Assembly: GCA_963741955.1 (NCBI GenBank)
Contig: CAVUKB010000005.1
Span: forward strand, 480,001-544,000
Length of the DNA: 64,000 nt
Origin: an uncultured Acidobacteriota bacterium
GTDB taxonomy: Bacteria; Acidobacteriota; Thermoanaerobaculia; Gp7-AA8
Direction: 5' to 3'
This document shows, piece after piece, positions 17,601-27,506 of this stretch. How positions within the stretch are numbered: position 1 is the stretch's first letter; each line of letters starts with the position of its first letter. The notes under the pieces are model-generated. The model worked only from the letters and a program-made list of their open reading frames with translations. It was not told the DNA's origin and made no database searches. The translations under genes were made by a program, and so were the position numbers.

Positions 17601-20600
17601 TCACTCGATCCGCAACGTCTGGTCCGCGGTGCCGTTGTCGACCGAGGAGGTCATCGGGATCACTGCACCGGCACCGCCGGTGATCCGGATCTCCAGCTGC
17701 ACGTTGCGGAGATCGCCCACCCCCGGATTCACCTCGCCGATCAGACTCGTGACGTTCATGATCTGCAGATCGTACGGCTTCAGCTCGATCGATCTCGAGA
17801 CCAGACGCGTTCCGGTCGCGAGATGCCCGACTTCTGCGTAGATCACGGTGACCTTCGCCGTCGCCGGAGCGCCGGAGGTTTCGACGAGGATCAGATTCGT
17901 GCGGAACGTCGCCGGGGTCTTCGCGCCGATCGTCTTCACCGATGCGACGTCGAGACCGGCGATGATCCGCTTCTGTCCGGCGTGCAGTGCGAACGAGCCG
18001 GGAAGCGTCGGCACGCCGGTGCCGAACGTCCCGTCGACTCCGTCCTGCGTGGCGAAGGTCCGGCTGGTCACCAGCGCTGCTCCGCGGGTCGGGGTCACGG
18101 TCATGAAGCCGACCGTTCCGCCGAGCGAAGGGAAGAGCGTGCCGACCACGTCCTGAACCACGCGCGTCTGATGCGCCGTGAGCGAGATCGACTCCTCGGC
18201 GTCGCCCGCTCCACCGTTGTAGTGGTATCGGAGGATGGCGGACGCGGGATCCGATCCGGGATTGGTGATCGCGATGTCGGTGCGGAAGAAGTTGTTGTTC
18301 GCTCCGTGCAGGGAGCCGGCGACCGGGATGATCTGCGGCTCGGTGCGTGTGGAAGCGAAATAGCTGTTCCAGTCCGCAATGCTCCAGGTGTCGCCGCTCC
18401 GGTCGTCCACCGGAGTCGCGTACACGACGATGCTTCCCGCGGAATCGGGGCGGTTGGTCACCGCGGCGAGAACCGCGCCGTCGGGAACGATCCCGTTCAG
18501 ACGAGAGAGGCGGAAGGCCGGCACGCTGACTCCGGTCGCCGCGGCCGTCGACGGCACGACAGTGCCATCGGCGGCGTAGAACGTGAGGTCGGCGGTCGCA
18601 TCGTTCCCCGAGACTTCCTGAAGGAGGATGTTCGTGTGGGATGACGCGTCCTTGCGCAAACCGGTCAGGAGAATCATCCCTCCGGGCCCCGCCGCGCGAT
18701 CGCCACGGAAGACCGGGATCGACGTCCCGTACGTCCCTCGCGAGCTCGAAACGTTGATGATGTTCGCGTTGAGCGCGAGGCTGTTCCAGTCGAGGCTCCG
18801 GATCTGGAGCGTTCCCTGTTCGCCGTCGCCGTCGAAGACGTTCTTCACCACGTCCGCGAGGGCGAGCGCCTGTCCCGGCTGAACCGGCGCGGCGGCTGTG
18901 ACGCCGCTCTGCGCTATCGTTCCGTTCGTCGGCGTGTAGTAGATCGCGACGTCGCTGATCGCGTCGCTTCCGTAGACGTTGACCAGGGAGAGATCCGAGA
19001 GGAAGAGACCGACGCTTCCTTCGATGTGACCGACGCCGGCGATGAAGAGAGGGACCTCGCCCGGACGGAGCGGAGGGATGGACGTCGACGAGGTGGGCGG
19101 CTTGACCGTGTCGACCACCGTCACCAGACTCGTGCTCACCGGAATTCCGTCCTGTGGGGTCAGGTCTTTTGTACGATGGGCGTAGGCCGTCACCATTGAG
19201 GCGGCATTCGTCCCCGATGCATAGACGAGTGCCAGCGTTCCGATCGCGGTTCCATCGAGCGATGCGGCATCGGGCCGCAGGGTCCGGTCGACGCCGAACT
19301 CCACCGTGGCCGAGGCGCCCGGGTCGATGGTGACGAATCCCGAAGGGGGGACGATCCACGGCTGGTCTGCGACCACGATGCCGGTCAGCTTCGCACTGCC
19401 ACTGTTCGTGAAGACGACCGAGCCGCTCAGGTCGGTGTCTGCCGCGGTCGCCGCGACGTCGATCCGGTTCGTATTCGCGATGGCGAGGACCGTCCCGCTT
19501 GCGGGAGCGACCGAGGCGAGGCGGACCGGAATCCGGGTTCCCGCCGGCACACCCTCTCCCGCCAGAATCGCCGCGCCGCGGTAGTCTCCTTCGTCGCGTG
19601 CGAGTCCGGTCAGATCGACTTCCTGCGATGCGCCTCCCCCCAGCGTGAACGACGCCGGTGAGAGGGTGAAGAAGTCGCCTTCCTGCGAGACGGTGACCGT
19701 CGTCGCGAGATCTCCGACGTTCACTACGATGAAGCGGTCGCCCGCTCCGCCCTTCCCCGCCTCCTGGTACATCCCGTCGGGATACGAGAGGACGACCACA
19801 CTCGCCGGCGCGGGCGTGCCGTTCGTCGTGCGCGCGTGGAGGACGGCAGTCGGCTCGCTCACGAGCGTGTTGGGATTGTCGCGGTTCGAATAGGTGACGG
19901 TCGACACGCGGACGAAGTAATCGGTCGTCGGTTCGAGCCCGTCGAGAATGAACGTAGCAGTCGTCTTGTCCGGAGTCGTCACGAGGACGGAGAACGGCCC
20001 GCCCGCCGACGTCGCGACCTCGATCTGGTAGCCGCCCGGATTCCACTGGTAGCGGATCGGGGTCCAGCTCACCACCACGGAGCGATCCTTCACCGCGCGG
20101 ATCGCGGCGTCCGCCGGAGCGACGGTCTGCGAGGCCGCCCAATCGCCGGCCTTCTCCATCAGGAACGCATCGACGGACGGATCGCTGCTTGAGAGCGCGT
20201 TGTAATCGAGAATCAGCCCGCCGTCGCGCAGCGCGGTGAGGTTCGCGATCTCGGACGGGATCGCGCCACTGAGGCGGTTGCCCTCGAGCGCGAGGTACTC
20301 CAGCTGCGAGAGCGCACCGATCGACGACGGGATCTCGCCGTCGAGACCGTTCTTCGAGAGATCGAGTTGCCGGAGTGCCCTCAGCTGCCCGATATCGCCG
20401 GGGATCGGCCCGGTGAGGAGGTTCTCATTGAGGCGGAGCTCCTCGAGCTTCGCCGCCTCCCCGAGCGGCGGGATCGATCCGGTCAACCGGTTTCCGGCGA
20501 GGGAGAGATCGACGATCTCCGGCATCGAGAAAACCGCCGGCGGAATCTCTCCTTGAATGCGGTTGATCGAAAGATCGAAGTACTGGAGCTTCGCGAGTCC

Positions 20601-21962
20601 TTCCAGTCCGACGGGAAACGCGGTGAACTGGTTATCCGCGGCCTCGAGGACCACGAGCTCAGCGAGTGATCCGAGGTTCGCATCGAAGGAAGCGAGCTGG
20701 TTCTCGTCGAGGTGGAGGTAGAGGAGCTGCGTCAGATTGCCGAGCGACGCGGGGACGACGCCGTTGAGCCGATCGTCCTGCAGAGAGAGATCGCGGAGCG
20801 TGGTGATGTTGCCGAGCTCCGCCGGGATCTCGCCTCCGATCGGATTGTGCTCGAGATGGAGGTCCGCCAGCTTCGTGAGCGATCCGATCTGCGAGGGAAT
20901 CGGACCGGTGAACGCGTTGCTCCCGATGTAGAGAGAGCGGAGTGACGTGAAGACCATGAAGTCGGCGAGACTGCCACCGAGCGCCGTGCCGGAATCGGCG
21001 CGGCCGGTGAGCCCGAGGTTCTCGAGCTTGGTGAGTGTGAAGAGCTCGGGCGGAACGGGACCGCTCAGGAGCAGGTTCGAGAGGCCGAGGTCACGCAGCT
21101 GCTGCAGCTGGCCGATCGACGGCGGGATCGAACCGGACAGGTCGTTGTTGTCGAGAACCAGGCGGGTGAGTGCGGTGAGGTTCCCGAGATCCGTCGGAAT
21201 CGATCCGGAGAGCTGGTTGTCGGGGAGCTCGATCTGTTCGAGCGCACCGAGTCTCGTGATGCCTGCCGGAATCTCGCCAGTGAACGCGTTCGAGCCCAAT
21301 CGGAGCTCGCGCAGATGAGGCGAGCTCACGATCGCTGGAGGTATGACCCCGCTGAACTGGTTGTACGAAAGATCGAGGACCTCGAGGAGCGGGAGATTCA
21401 TCGTGGCCGGAATGGTTCCGGTCAGCTGGTTCGCCCAGAGGGAGAGCACTTTCAGTCTCGGGCTGCGGAAGAGCGCCTCAGGAATCGTTCCGGAGAAGTC
21501 GTTGCCCGAGAGATCCAGCTGTTCCAGTCCGCCGAGGTTCGCCACGCCCGCGGGGAACGTTCCGCCGAACGGCGTTCCGTAGAACTCGCCCGCGTTCAGC
21601 ACCCGGAGTTTCGACAGATCGAGGATCGCGCCCGGAAATCCGCCCGCGAGCTCCGTCGACGTGAGATCGAGCACCTCGAGATTCGTGAGATTCCGGATCT
21701 GGGGCGGCAGGGTTCCTTTGACATTGTTCCACGCGAGGTCGAGACCGGTGACGGCGGAGCCGCTCGTGTCGCATGTCACCCCGTCCCACGTGCACTCAGT
21801 TCCGGGCGCACCTTTCCAGTTCGCGTTCGACTGCCACTGGTCGCCGTTCGTGGAGTCGTAGATCGCGATCAGCGCGTCGCGCTCGGAGGACGGAATCGCG
21901 GCGGTCGCGGAGGGCGCGATCGTCGCGAAGACCAGAGCCATGGCCGGAATGAGGGCGCGCAT
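17601..21962 (-). CDS. Secreted plant-type LRR protein with FN3/BACON-like and repeated C-terminal beta domains (~1453 aa)
   Basis: Signal peptide; ERDALIAIYDSTNG..W..CTWDGVTC N-cap; over 20 LxxLxLxxNxLxGxIP repeats; start set at the ATG after GAGGTGG. Confidence 0.9.
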   Translation of the reverse strand: MRALIPAMALVFATIAPSATAAIPSSERDALIAIYDSTNGDQWQSNANWKGAPGTECTWDGVTCDTSGSAVTGLDLAWNNVKGTLPPQIRNLTNLEVLDLTSTELAGGFPGAILDLSKLRVLNAGEFYGTPFGGTFPAGVANLGGLEQLDLSGNDFSGTIPEALFRSPRLKVLSLWANQLTGTIPATMNLPLLEVLDLSYNQFSGVIPPAIVSSPHLRELRLGSNAFTGEIPAGITRLGALEQIELPDNQLSGSIPTDLGNLTALTRLVLDNNDLSGSIPPSIGQLQQLRDLGLSNLLLSGPVPPELFTLTKLENLGLTGRADSGTALGGSLADFMVFTSLRSLYIGSNAFTGPIPSQIGSLTKLADLHLEHNPIGGEIPAELGNITTLRDLSLQDDRLNGVVPASLGNLTQLLYLHLDENQLASFDANLGSLAELVVLEAADNQFTAFPVGLEGLAKLQYFDLSINRIQGEIPPAVFSMPEIVDLSLAGNRLTGSIPPLGEAAKLEELRLNENLLTGPIPGDIGQLRALRQLDLSKNGLDGEIPSSIGALSQLEYLALEGNRLSGAIPSEIANLTALRDGGLILDYNALSSSDPSVDAFLMEKAGDWAASQTVAPADAAIRAVKDRSVVVSWTPIRYQWNPGGYQIEVATSAGGPFSVLVTTPDKTTATFILDGLEPTTDYFVRVSTVTYSNRDNPNTLVSEPTAVLHARTTNGTPAPASVVVLSYPDGMYQEAGKGGAGDRFIVVNVGDLATTVTVSQEGDFFTLSPASFTLGGGASQEVDLTGLARDEGDYRGAAILAGEGVPAGTRIPVRLASVAPASGTVLAIANTNRIDVAATAADTDLSGSVVFTNSGSAKLTGIVVADQPWIVPPSGFVTIDPGASATVEFGVDRTLRPDAASLDGTAIGTLALVYASGTNAASMVTAYAHRTKDLTPQDGIPVSTSLVTVVDTVKPPTSSTSIPPLRPGEVPLFIAGVGHIEGSVGLFLSDLSLVNVYGSDAISDVAIYYTPTNGTIAQSGVTAAAPVQPGQALALADVVKNVFDGDGEQGTLQIRSLDWNSLALNANIINVSSSRGTYGTSIPVFRGDRAAGPGGMILLTGLRKDASSHTNILLQEVSGNDATADLTFYAADGTVVPSTAAATGVSVPAFRLSRLNGIVPDGAVLAAVTNRPDSAGSIVVYATPVDDRSGDTWSIADWNSYFASTRTEPQIIPVAGSLHGANNNFFRTDIAITNPGSDPASAILRYHYNGGAGDAEESISLTAHQTRVVQDVVGTLFPSLGGTVGFMTVTPTRGAALVTSRTFATQDGVDGTFGTGVPTLPGSFALHAGQKRIIAGLDVASVKTIGAKTPATFRTNLILVETSGAPATAKVTVIYAEVGHLATGTRLVSRSIELKPYDLQIMNVTSLIGEVNPGVGDLRNVQLEIRITGGAGAVIPMTSSVDNGTADQTLRIE

Positions 21963-22048
21963 GGAGCCACCTCGCATCGACGTTGGGGCATTTTCGTTTC
22001 GGGTTGTGCGGGCCATTGTAGCAGGTGTCTGTCTGCAGGGTGCCATCC

Positions 22049-22245
22049 GTGGGTTGGGCGTCCCGCCCGATGCGGAGCGGGGCCGTGGGTTGGGCGTCCC
22101 TCGCCCGATGCGATGCGGCGTCTGTGGGTTGGGCGTCCTCGCCCGATGCGATGCGGCGTCTGTGGGTTGGGCGTCCTCGCCCGATGCGATGCGGCGTCTG
22201 TGGGTTGGGCGTCCTCGCCCGATGCGATGCGGCGTCCCGCGCCGC
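22049..22245 (+). repeat. Five tandem ~38-bp REP-like units
   Basis: GTGGGTTGGGCGTCCTCGCCCGATGCGATGCGGCGTCT-type units at 22049, 22085, 22124, 22162, 22200; GCGACCCAC half-sites at ~22375-22432. Confidence 0.9.
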
Positions 22246-22436
22246 ATTGCCCGGCGCAAGCTACGACGATCCTTCCGAGAAGAGAGACACGAACTTACCT
22301 CCGCGCGAGAGGAACGATCACCGATCCGTTGACACCATCGCTCCCGGCACGATGCCGGGAGCCTCGCGCCCGGAGGCGCGACCCACCTTGGGGCGACCCA
22401 CCTTGGGGCGACCCACCGGAGGCGCGACCCACGCGA

Positions 22437-22622
22437 TTACGACGCCCGCTCTTCCTTCTTCCGCGGCTGATACGTCCCCACATCACTCCGGAACGAGATC
22501 GCGAGCCGGTTCCAGCCGTTGATGGTGATCACGCAGATGGTCAGGTTCACCAGTTCTTTCTCGTCGAAATGCTTCCTCGTTTCCTCGTACAGCTCGTCGC
22601 TGACCCCGCCCTTTCCTCCTCC
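22437..22622 (-). pseudogene. 3' remnant of a second CMD/AhpD gene
   Basis: GGVSDELYEETRKHFDEKELVNLTICVITINGWNRLAISFRSDVGTYQPRKKEERAS aligns to the end of 13810-14283. Confidence 0.85.
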
Positions 22623-22636
22623 ATTTTGAATCGTAG

Positions 22637-22762
22637 AGGCTCGCGCCGGAGGAGCGCGCTGCATTCCTGCTGCGCGAAGTTTTCGACTACCGCTACGACG
22701 AGATCGCCCGCATTCTGGAGAAGTCACCGGCATATTTCGAGACCGAGGTTTCCCGTCGCTCC
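22637..22762 (+). pseudogene. Internal remnant of a second ECF41 sigma gene
   Basis: RLAPEERAAFLLREVFDYRYDEIARILEKSPA versus RLSPDERAAFLLREVFEYRYDDIARILEKSPS in 14382-15272. Confidence 0.85.
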
Positions 22763-23013
22763 CGTTATCGGATGCGCGGTTCTCTCTTTCGGTCGTGATG
22801 AGCGAAGGAGAGTATCACCGCCTGCAGGGAGCGACCTGAGCTGCCGGCGACGGGCGATGCTTCCGGCACGGCCTACTGCTCGAGGAGCTCGCGTGCGCGC
22901 GGCGGTGATGAAGCGAAAGTAGCTCCCGTAACGCTCAGTCGATTCGGGCTCGGCCAGCGACGTCCGATTCCTCGACACCGTTCTTCCCGACGCCAGACTC
23001 CCGAGGGTCTCCG

Positions 23014-23481
23014 TCATCTACGTCGTTTGTTTGCTTCCCCACTTTCATCGTGCATCGAACGTTTACGCTCTCTCTCCCTTCGTGCCCGTTCCGCCCGGCG
23101 AAGGGAATCTCTCCATGCGGCCTCGTACTCTGGAGTAAGCGACCCGACGACGACCGTCGCCCGCTTCTCTCCTGCACGCACGAACTCGAACGGGACCCGC
23201 TGTCCAGGCTTCATTCCCGCGACGTACTGAAGAAACGCGAGCTCGTCCAGAAAGTCACTGGCCCTCCTTCCGATTCGGGTGATTACGTCTCCGGGACGGA
23301 GACCTGCAGCGAACGCGGGACTCGCGTTTCCGATGCGAGCGACGAAAAGAAAGTTCGAGCCATCCGGTGCTCGCTGAACAATTACTCCCATCCCAAGCCA
23401 CGGCTTCAAGTGCTCTTTAGTGCGTGCGAATCCTGGGATTCCGATCTGGAGCGTTAGAAGGATGATCGTCGCAACCGTCAT
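23014..23481 (-). CDS. Exported stand-alone PDZ-domain protein
   Basis: Hydrophobic N-terminus; WLGM carboxylate loop; SPAFAAGLRPGDVITRI; VPFEFVRAG; ATGA overlap with the upstream gene. Confidence 0.85.
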   Translation of the reverse strand: MTVATIILLTLQIGIPGFARTKEHLKPWLGMGVIVQRAPDGSNFLFVARIGNASPAFAAGLRPGDVITRIGRRASDFLDELAFLQYVAGMKPGQRVPFEFVRAGEKRATVVVGSLTPEYEAAWRDSLRRAERARRERERKRSMHDESGEANKRRR

Positions 23482-25649
23482 GGCGTTTCGGCCTCAGAGA
23501 CATAGTCCACCGTCGCGATCGCGCCCGAAGGAAGAGTGACGTTGCGGCAGTCGCCGCTTCTGCAAACGCGGTACATGCCGGGCTCGATCGCGAACTGGAA
23601 CGCTCCGTCCACGAACTCTCTCATCGCAGCCGCTCCGAACGATGGCATCAGAAACATCTGCAGAGAAATGGAAAAACTGCCACTGGCGAGGATCGGCCAT
23701 GGCGGGACTCGCATTACGACGATACGGAGGGTCGCGCTTTCCGATGGCACCGCGATGGTGAGGAACGGTCCCTGCCACTCCGTGCGGGCGAAACGACGCG
23801 CGATGACCGGCGCGGGAGGCGCGATCACGACGATGTCGATTGCGGCATCGGACTTCAACTCCACCGAGAACAGTCCCTCCGCATCTGCGATGGTATCGTC
23901 GAAGACACCGCTCGCTTCGTCGACCACTCTCACGATCGCTCCGCTGAGGGGTCGTCCGGCGGCGCCGAGAATCACTCCGCGTGCCACTCGCAGAGGCTGG
24001 AGCGTCAGCTCAATCTCCTTTTCGTGCGGCGATGACGACAGATCGACGGCGATCGGGCGTGCCGCGCTGGATGAACCGTCGGCTTCTACCATGAAGCTCT
24101 TTTCGTCGAGGTGCGCAAAGAGGAAAGTCCCGTCGTCGCCCGTCCGTGTTTCAGCGACGACCCGTCCCTTTCGCCTGACTCTCACGAACGCTTCCGCCCG
24201 TTCACCGTCGAGATTTCGCACCGTTCCCCTGATTCGGCCCGCGGGCAAAACGAGATCCAGCTTCTCTGTATCATCGTCGATCGTGACGGGCGCGAGTCTC
24301 AACTCGTCCCTTGAAGACGGCGGAACGGTCACCGTGACGTCCCACGAACCTTTGGAAGGAAACATCACCTCGAACCGGCCTTCGGCGTCCGTCACCGCGC
24401 GAACCCGGGTTCCTTTGCGGTCGGCGAAGACGAGCGAACCACTGACGGGATCATCCCCCGAGACGAGTGTTCCTCGAACTGCAATCCCCGCGATCGTGAA
24501 CGACACGCGCGTTTGGCCGTCGTTTACCTCAACCTGCCGGTTTGCGACTTCCGAATGCAGCTCGTTCATCACCACGACGCCGTAGGAGCCTGCGGGAATG
24601 AGATCGCTCTCCCAGAAGCCTGCGGGAGACGCTACGCCGGACGCGACCACGACGATCTCGTGGGCCCGCCTTCCTTCACCGATGATCCGGACCGTCCAAG
24701 GCGTGCCGGAGGCCGCCATCGGAGGATCGATCTGAACCTCGACCGTTCCAGGAGGAGAGTGCACCAGGGAACCTGCGTGAACGTCCCTCGACGCAACCAC
24801 GATCGAATCGCGGACGGCGTCGGGCAAACCCTCCATTCTGGACTCGAGACGATACGTGCCCGGCTCGACTCCTTCGATCCGGTACCTCCCGTGCAGATCG
24901 GTACGGGCTTCGCGAGTGCGCAATAGCCGGTCGCTGCGCGTCATCTCAGCAGCCGTCGCCGGCACGAGCCGAACCAATGCGGTCACCAGCGGACTGCCCT
25001 TCCGCGTTACGACGTCACCGTCCACGACACGTGCCGATGCAGACGGTGCGGGGGAAAGATCCAGTGTCTCGCCTTCCCGCAACGCGATGTTCTTCGCATA
25101 GCTCGGCACGAGCCCACCCCATTCCAGGCGGAGATCGATTCGCCGGCTGGCCGGAATACGGCAGCGACCGGTCGCACCCTGGACGGTGCAAGGGGCGGTC
25201 TCGAGAATCGACGTGTCACTGGATGGTTCGTCGACGAAGGAAAGACCGAGAGTCGCCGGGACGGGCTTCGTATCCGGCCGCTCCTGGGTCACGAACCCCA
25301 GCGGCCAGACGTTCAGGACGATGCGCGCGTCGCGTCCACGGACGTCGATCTCGTCGACCCAGCAATCCGCCGAGTCGGCGCCGGCACGATCCGCGGACGC
25401 CGGGATTGCGAACGACCGTGTCACCGCTCCGCCGGTCAGTGTGATTGGAGGGTCGAGTGTAAGTTGCTTCTCGGAGCCGTCGGCGAGTCGAAAGTGGACC
25501 GCCGAGATCCGGCATGTGCCGTGCCCGGACCCGGACCGCTGGAACGAGACTTCGGAACCCCATCCGGCGGCGGCACATCCTGCGACAAGAGCACAGCCCA
25601 GAACTCCGACGAGGATGGCGGGCGGAGACTCGCCGCGTCGTCGTCTCAT
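23478..25649 (-). CDS. Exported protein with tandem carboxypeptidase-regulatory-like (beta-sandwich) domains
   Basis: Signal peptide; repeated G.V....G.P...A.V ... TD..G.F/Y motifs (ARTDLHGRYRI, AVTDAEGRFEV, TRTGDDGTFLF, IADAEGLFSV). Confidence 0.8.
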   Translation of the reverse strand: MRRRRGESPPAILVGVLGCALVAGCAAAGWGSEVSFQRSGSGHGTCRISAVHFRLADGSEKQLTLDPPITLTGGAVTRSFAIPASADRAGADSADCWVDEIDVRGRDARIVLNVWPLGFVTQERPDTKPVPATLGLSFVDEPSSDTSILETAPCTVQGATGRCRIPASRRIDLRLEWGGLVPSYAKNIALREGETLDLSPAPSASARVVDGDVVTRKGSPLVTALVRLVPATAAEMTRSDRLLRTREARTDLHGRYRIEGVEPGTYRLESRMEGLPDAVRDSIVVASRDVHAGSLVHSPPGTVEVQIDPPMAASGTPWTVRIIGEGRRAHEIVVVASGVASPAGFWESDLIPAGSYGVVVMNELHSEVANRQVEVNDGQTRVSFTIAGIAVRGTLVSGDDPVSGSLVFADRKGTRVRAVTDAEGRFEVMFPSKGSWDVTVTVPPSSRDELRLAPVTIDDDTEKLDLVLPAGRIRGTVRNLDGERAEAFVRVRRKGRVVAETRTGDDGTFLFAHLDEKSFMVEADGSSSAARPIAVDLSSSPHEKEIELTLQPLRVARGVILGAAGRPLSGAIVRVVDEASGVFDDTIADAEGLFSVELKSDAAIDIVVIAPPAPVIARRFARTEWQGPFLTIAVPSESATLRIVVMRVPPWPILASGSFSISLQMFLMPSFGAAAMREFVDGAFQFAIEPGMYRVCRSGDCRNVTLPSGAIATVDYVSEAETP

Positions 25650-25924
25650 ACCCAGACGCAGTTAGAATACGTCAACTGACAGCTGTACGAGCAGGCGAAC
25701 ACGGGGATGACTCCTCCGTTCTCGACTTTGATCCATCCAGCGATCACACAATTCTGAATCGGCTGACAATCGCTTGCGGCTCTCGATGTTGGTCCAATAC
25801 TGATACAGGTCGCGGTGTCCGTGGTTCGCTCACACTTATAGACACAATCACCCCCACGCACAGGAGATGCGACGAATGAGAGTAGACCCAAGGACACGAC
25901 AACGAAGCGTAGGATGCGATACAT
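25646..25924 (-). CDS. Small secreted Cys-rich peptide (92 aa, 8 Cys, ends CVWV)
   Basis: Strong RBS GGAAGGAGGT before the ATG at 25924; signal peptide MYRILRFVVVSLGLLSFVASPVRG; stop overlaps the next ATG. Confidence 0.8.
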   Translation of the reverse strand: MYRILRFVVVSLGLLSFVASPVRGGDCVYKCERTTDTATCISIGPTSRAASDCQPIQNCVIAGWIKVENGGVIPVFACSYSCQLTYSNCVWV

Positions 25925-26064
25925 GTGACCTCCTTCCAGATTGCACAGTCGTCCTAACATAGGCTCGCGGCCGCCCAGCGCCAACGTGAGTAGCAGGTTA
26001 TACCAAAACATTGCTGACCCGTTGTAAGGCCGCGCTGCGCTCTTTCATCCTCTCCTTCTCCGCT

Positions 26065-27417
26065 TTACGCGAACGCGAACAGCGGCGGAAAGACGATCAC
26101 CACGAGCGCCGCCCAGATGGCGTAGACCGGGAGGTAACGCGTCTGCCACCGTTCGAGTGCCGCAAATGAACCGCGGCCTCGTAGAAACCGCACATACAGC
26201 ACCGCGGACCACGCGAGATTGATCAGGAGAATCGCGTTCTCTCCGAGCGCCGCCACGCGGTTCGGGGTGAAGCCGAGGTCCGTGATTCGTGCGGCGATCG
26301 CCGAGAGCGCGACGGCGTCCGCGATCAGCGCGCTTATGACGAGAACGACCTGGACGACGTCGAACGCGCCGGGAGGCGACAGGGGGTCGCGCGCCGAGAT
26401 CGCGTAGAGAAGAAGTCCAACGATCACGACGAGAAGGAGATCGAACGCGATCAGGACGTTTCGATCCATCCCGATTCCCCGTCCGGTCAGGACCAGCGTC
26501 ACGAGAAACGTGATCAGCAGTCCGGCGAAGAGCGGCGTGAAGATGCGCGTCAGGACCGGCGCCATGTTCTCGGCCACGCTCTCCTTCCCTTCGACCAGCC
26601 ACGACGCAATGATGACCGCGCCTGCCGCTCCGCATGGAATCAGCCACGACTGGAGGAAGGGTTGTGCGTTGATGCCGATCGCCTCGAAGATCATCATCAT
26701 GGCCGCGGAGAAGACGGCGCCGCCGAGGGCGATGAGAACGTAGTCGATGAAGAGCTCGCCGGAGAAGCGGACGAAATCCATGCGTCGCGCGAGATCGCTC
26801 CAGCGGCCGGAGGCGTATGCGATCCCGACCAGCAGCCAGAGCGCGATCGGCAGGTGCAGAATCGCAAGGACTTCGGTCGCGCCGCCCGGGGCGAAGGGAT
26901 AGGCGTTGACTGCTGCGGCGGCTGCGACGAACCCTGCCGCGATCGAGGCGATGGCAACGCCGTTGAGGCGGCGCTTCAACGCGAAGTACGCGGTGAGGAT
27001 CGGGAAGGCGAGGAGGCTCGCGTTGCGCGGATAGAACGTCTCTTCAGTGCCGGGCTGAAGCCCGAAGAGCGCGGGGAGCTTGATGGCGATGGCCGCCGCG
27101 ACCGCCAAACAGAACGCGATCAGCAGATCCCGTCGTGCCGCGCTCGCAGAGAAGGGCGCCACCGGCGTCGCGACGGACTCCTTCCAGACGCGCTCCACGC
27201 GCTCGCGCGCGAATCTCTCCCCCGCCGCATCGCGGCTTCCGATGCGTTTCACGGCGATGAGGAACGCTTCATCCGGCGCGAGCCCGACGGCGGTGAGGCG
27301 TGCGATCTCCTCGCGCAGCGTCTCCTCGAGTTTCTCGCGATCCGCCTCCTGCAGGCGGAGCGAGGTGCGCCACCGTTCGATTTCCGTCTCGAGAGGAGAT
27401 TCGAGATTCTCAGTCAT
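26065..27417 (-). CDS. Permease-prefix-domain membrane protein (DUF4153-like, ~10 TM)
   Basis: N-terminal E.LE..L.E.I..L...GL..DEAFLIAVKRIG motif followed by many TM helices; GFTPNRVAALG. Confidence 0.8.
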   Translation of the reverse strand: MTENLESPLETEIERWRTSLRLQEADREKLEETLREEIARLTAVGLAPDEAFLIAVKRIGSRDAAGERFARERVERVWKESVATPVAPFSASAARRDLLIAFCLAVAAAIAIKLPALFGLQPGTEETFYPRNASLLAFPILTAYFALKRRLNGVAIASIAAGFVAAAAAVNAYPFAPGGATEVLAILHLPIALWLLVGIAYASGRWSDLARRMDFVRFSGELFIDYVLIALGGAVFSAAMMMIFEAIGINAQPFLQSWLIPCGAAGAVIIASWLVEGKESVAENMAPVLTRIFTPLFAGLLITFLVTLVLTGRGIGMDRNVLIAFDLLLVVIVGLLLYAISARDPLSPPGAFDVVQVVLVISALIADAVALSAIAARITDLGFTPNRVAALGENAILLINLAWSAVLYVRFLRGRGSFAALERWQTRYLPVYAIWAALVVIVFPPLFAFA

Positions 27418-27423
27418 GGTTGA

Positions 27424-27452
27424 AGGTTACGAAAAGTACTTTGTATCGTCAA
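27424..27452 (-). promoter_or_regulatory. Sigma-70 promoter, probably giving a leaderless mRNA
   Basis: TTGACG-N17-TAACCT ending 6 nt before the ATG at 27417; AAAGTACTTT palindrome in the spacer. Confidence 0.6.
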
Positions 27453-27506
27453 GTTAATTCTCCGGACTGAACTGCGTCCGTATCCGGAAGGTCTCGAATC
27501 GTCTCC

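Noticed and set aside
25646-25924. Classical RiPP (double-glycine leader) precursor
   Set aside because: The GG follows a hydrophobic Sec-type signal peptide, and no modification enzyme or peptidase-containing ABC exporter is adjacent; kept as a disulfide-rich secreted peptide.
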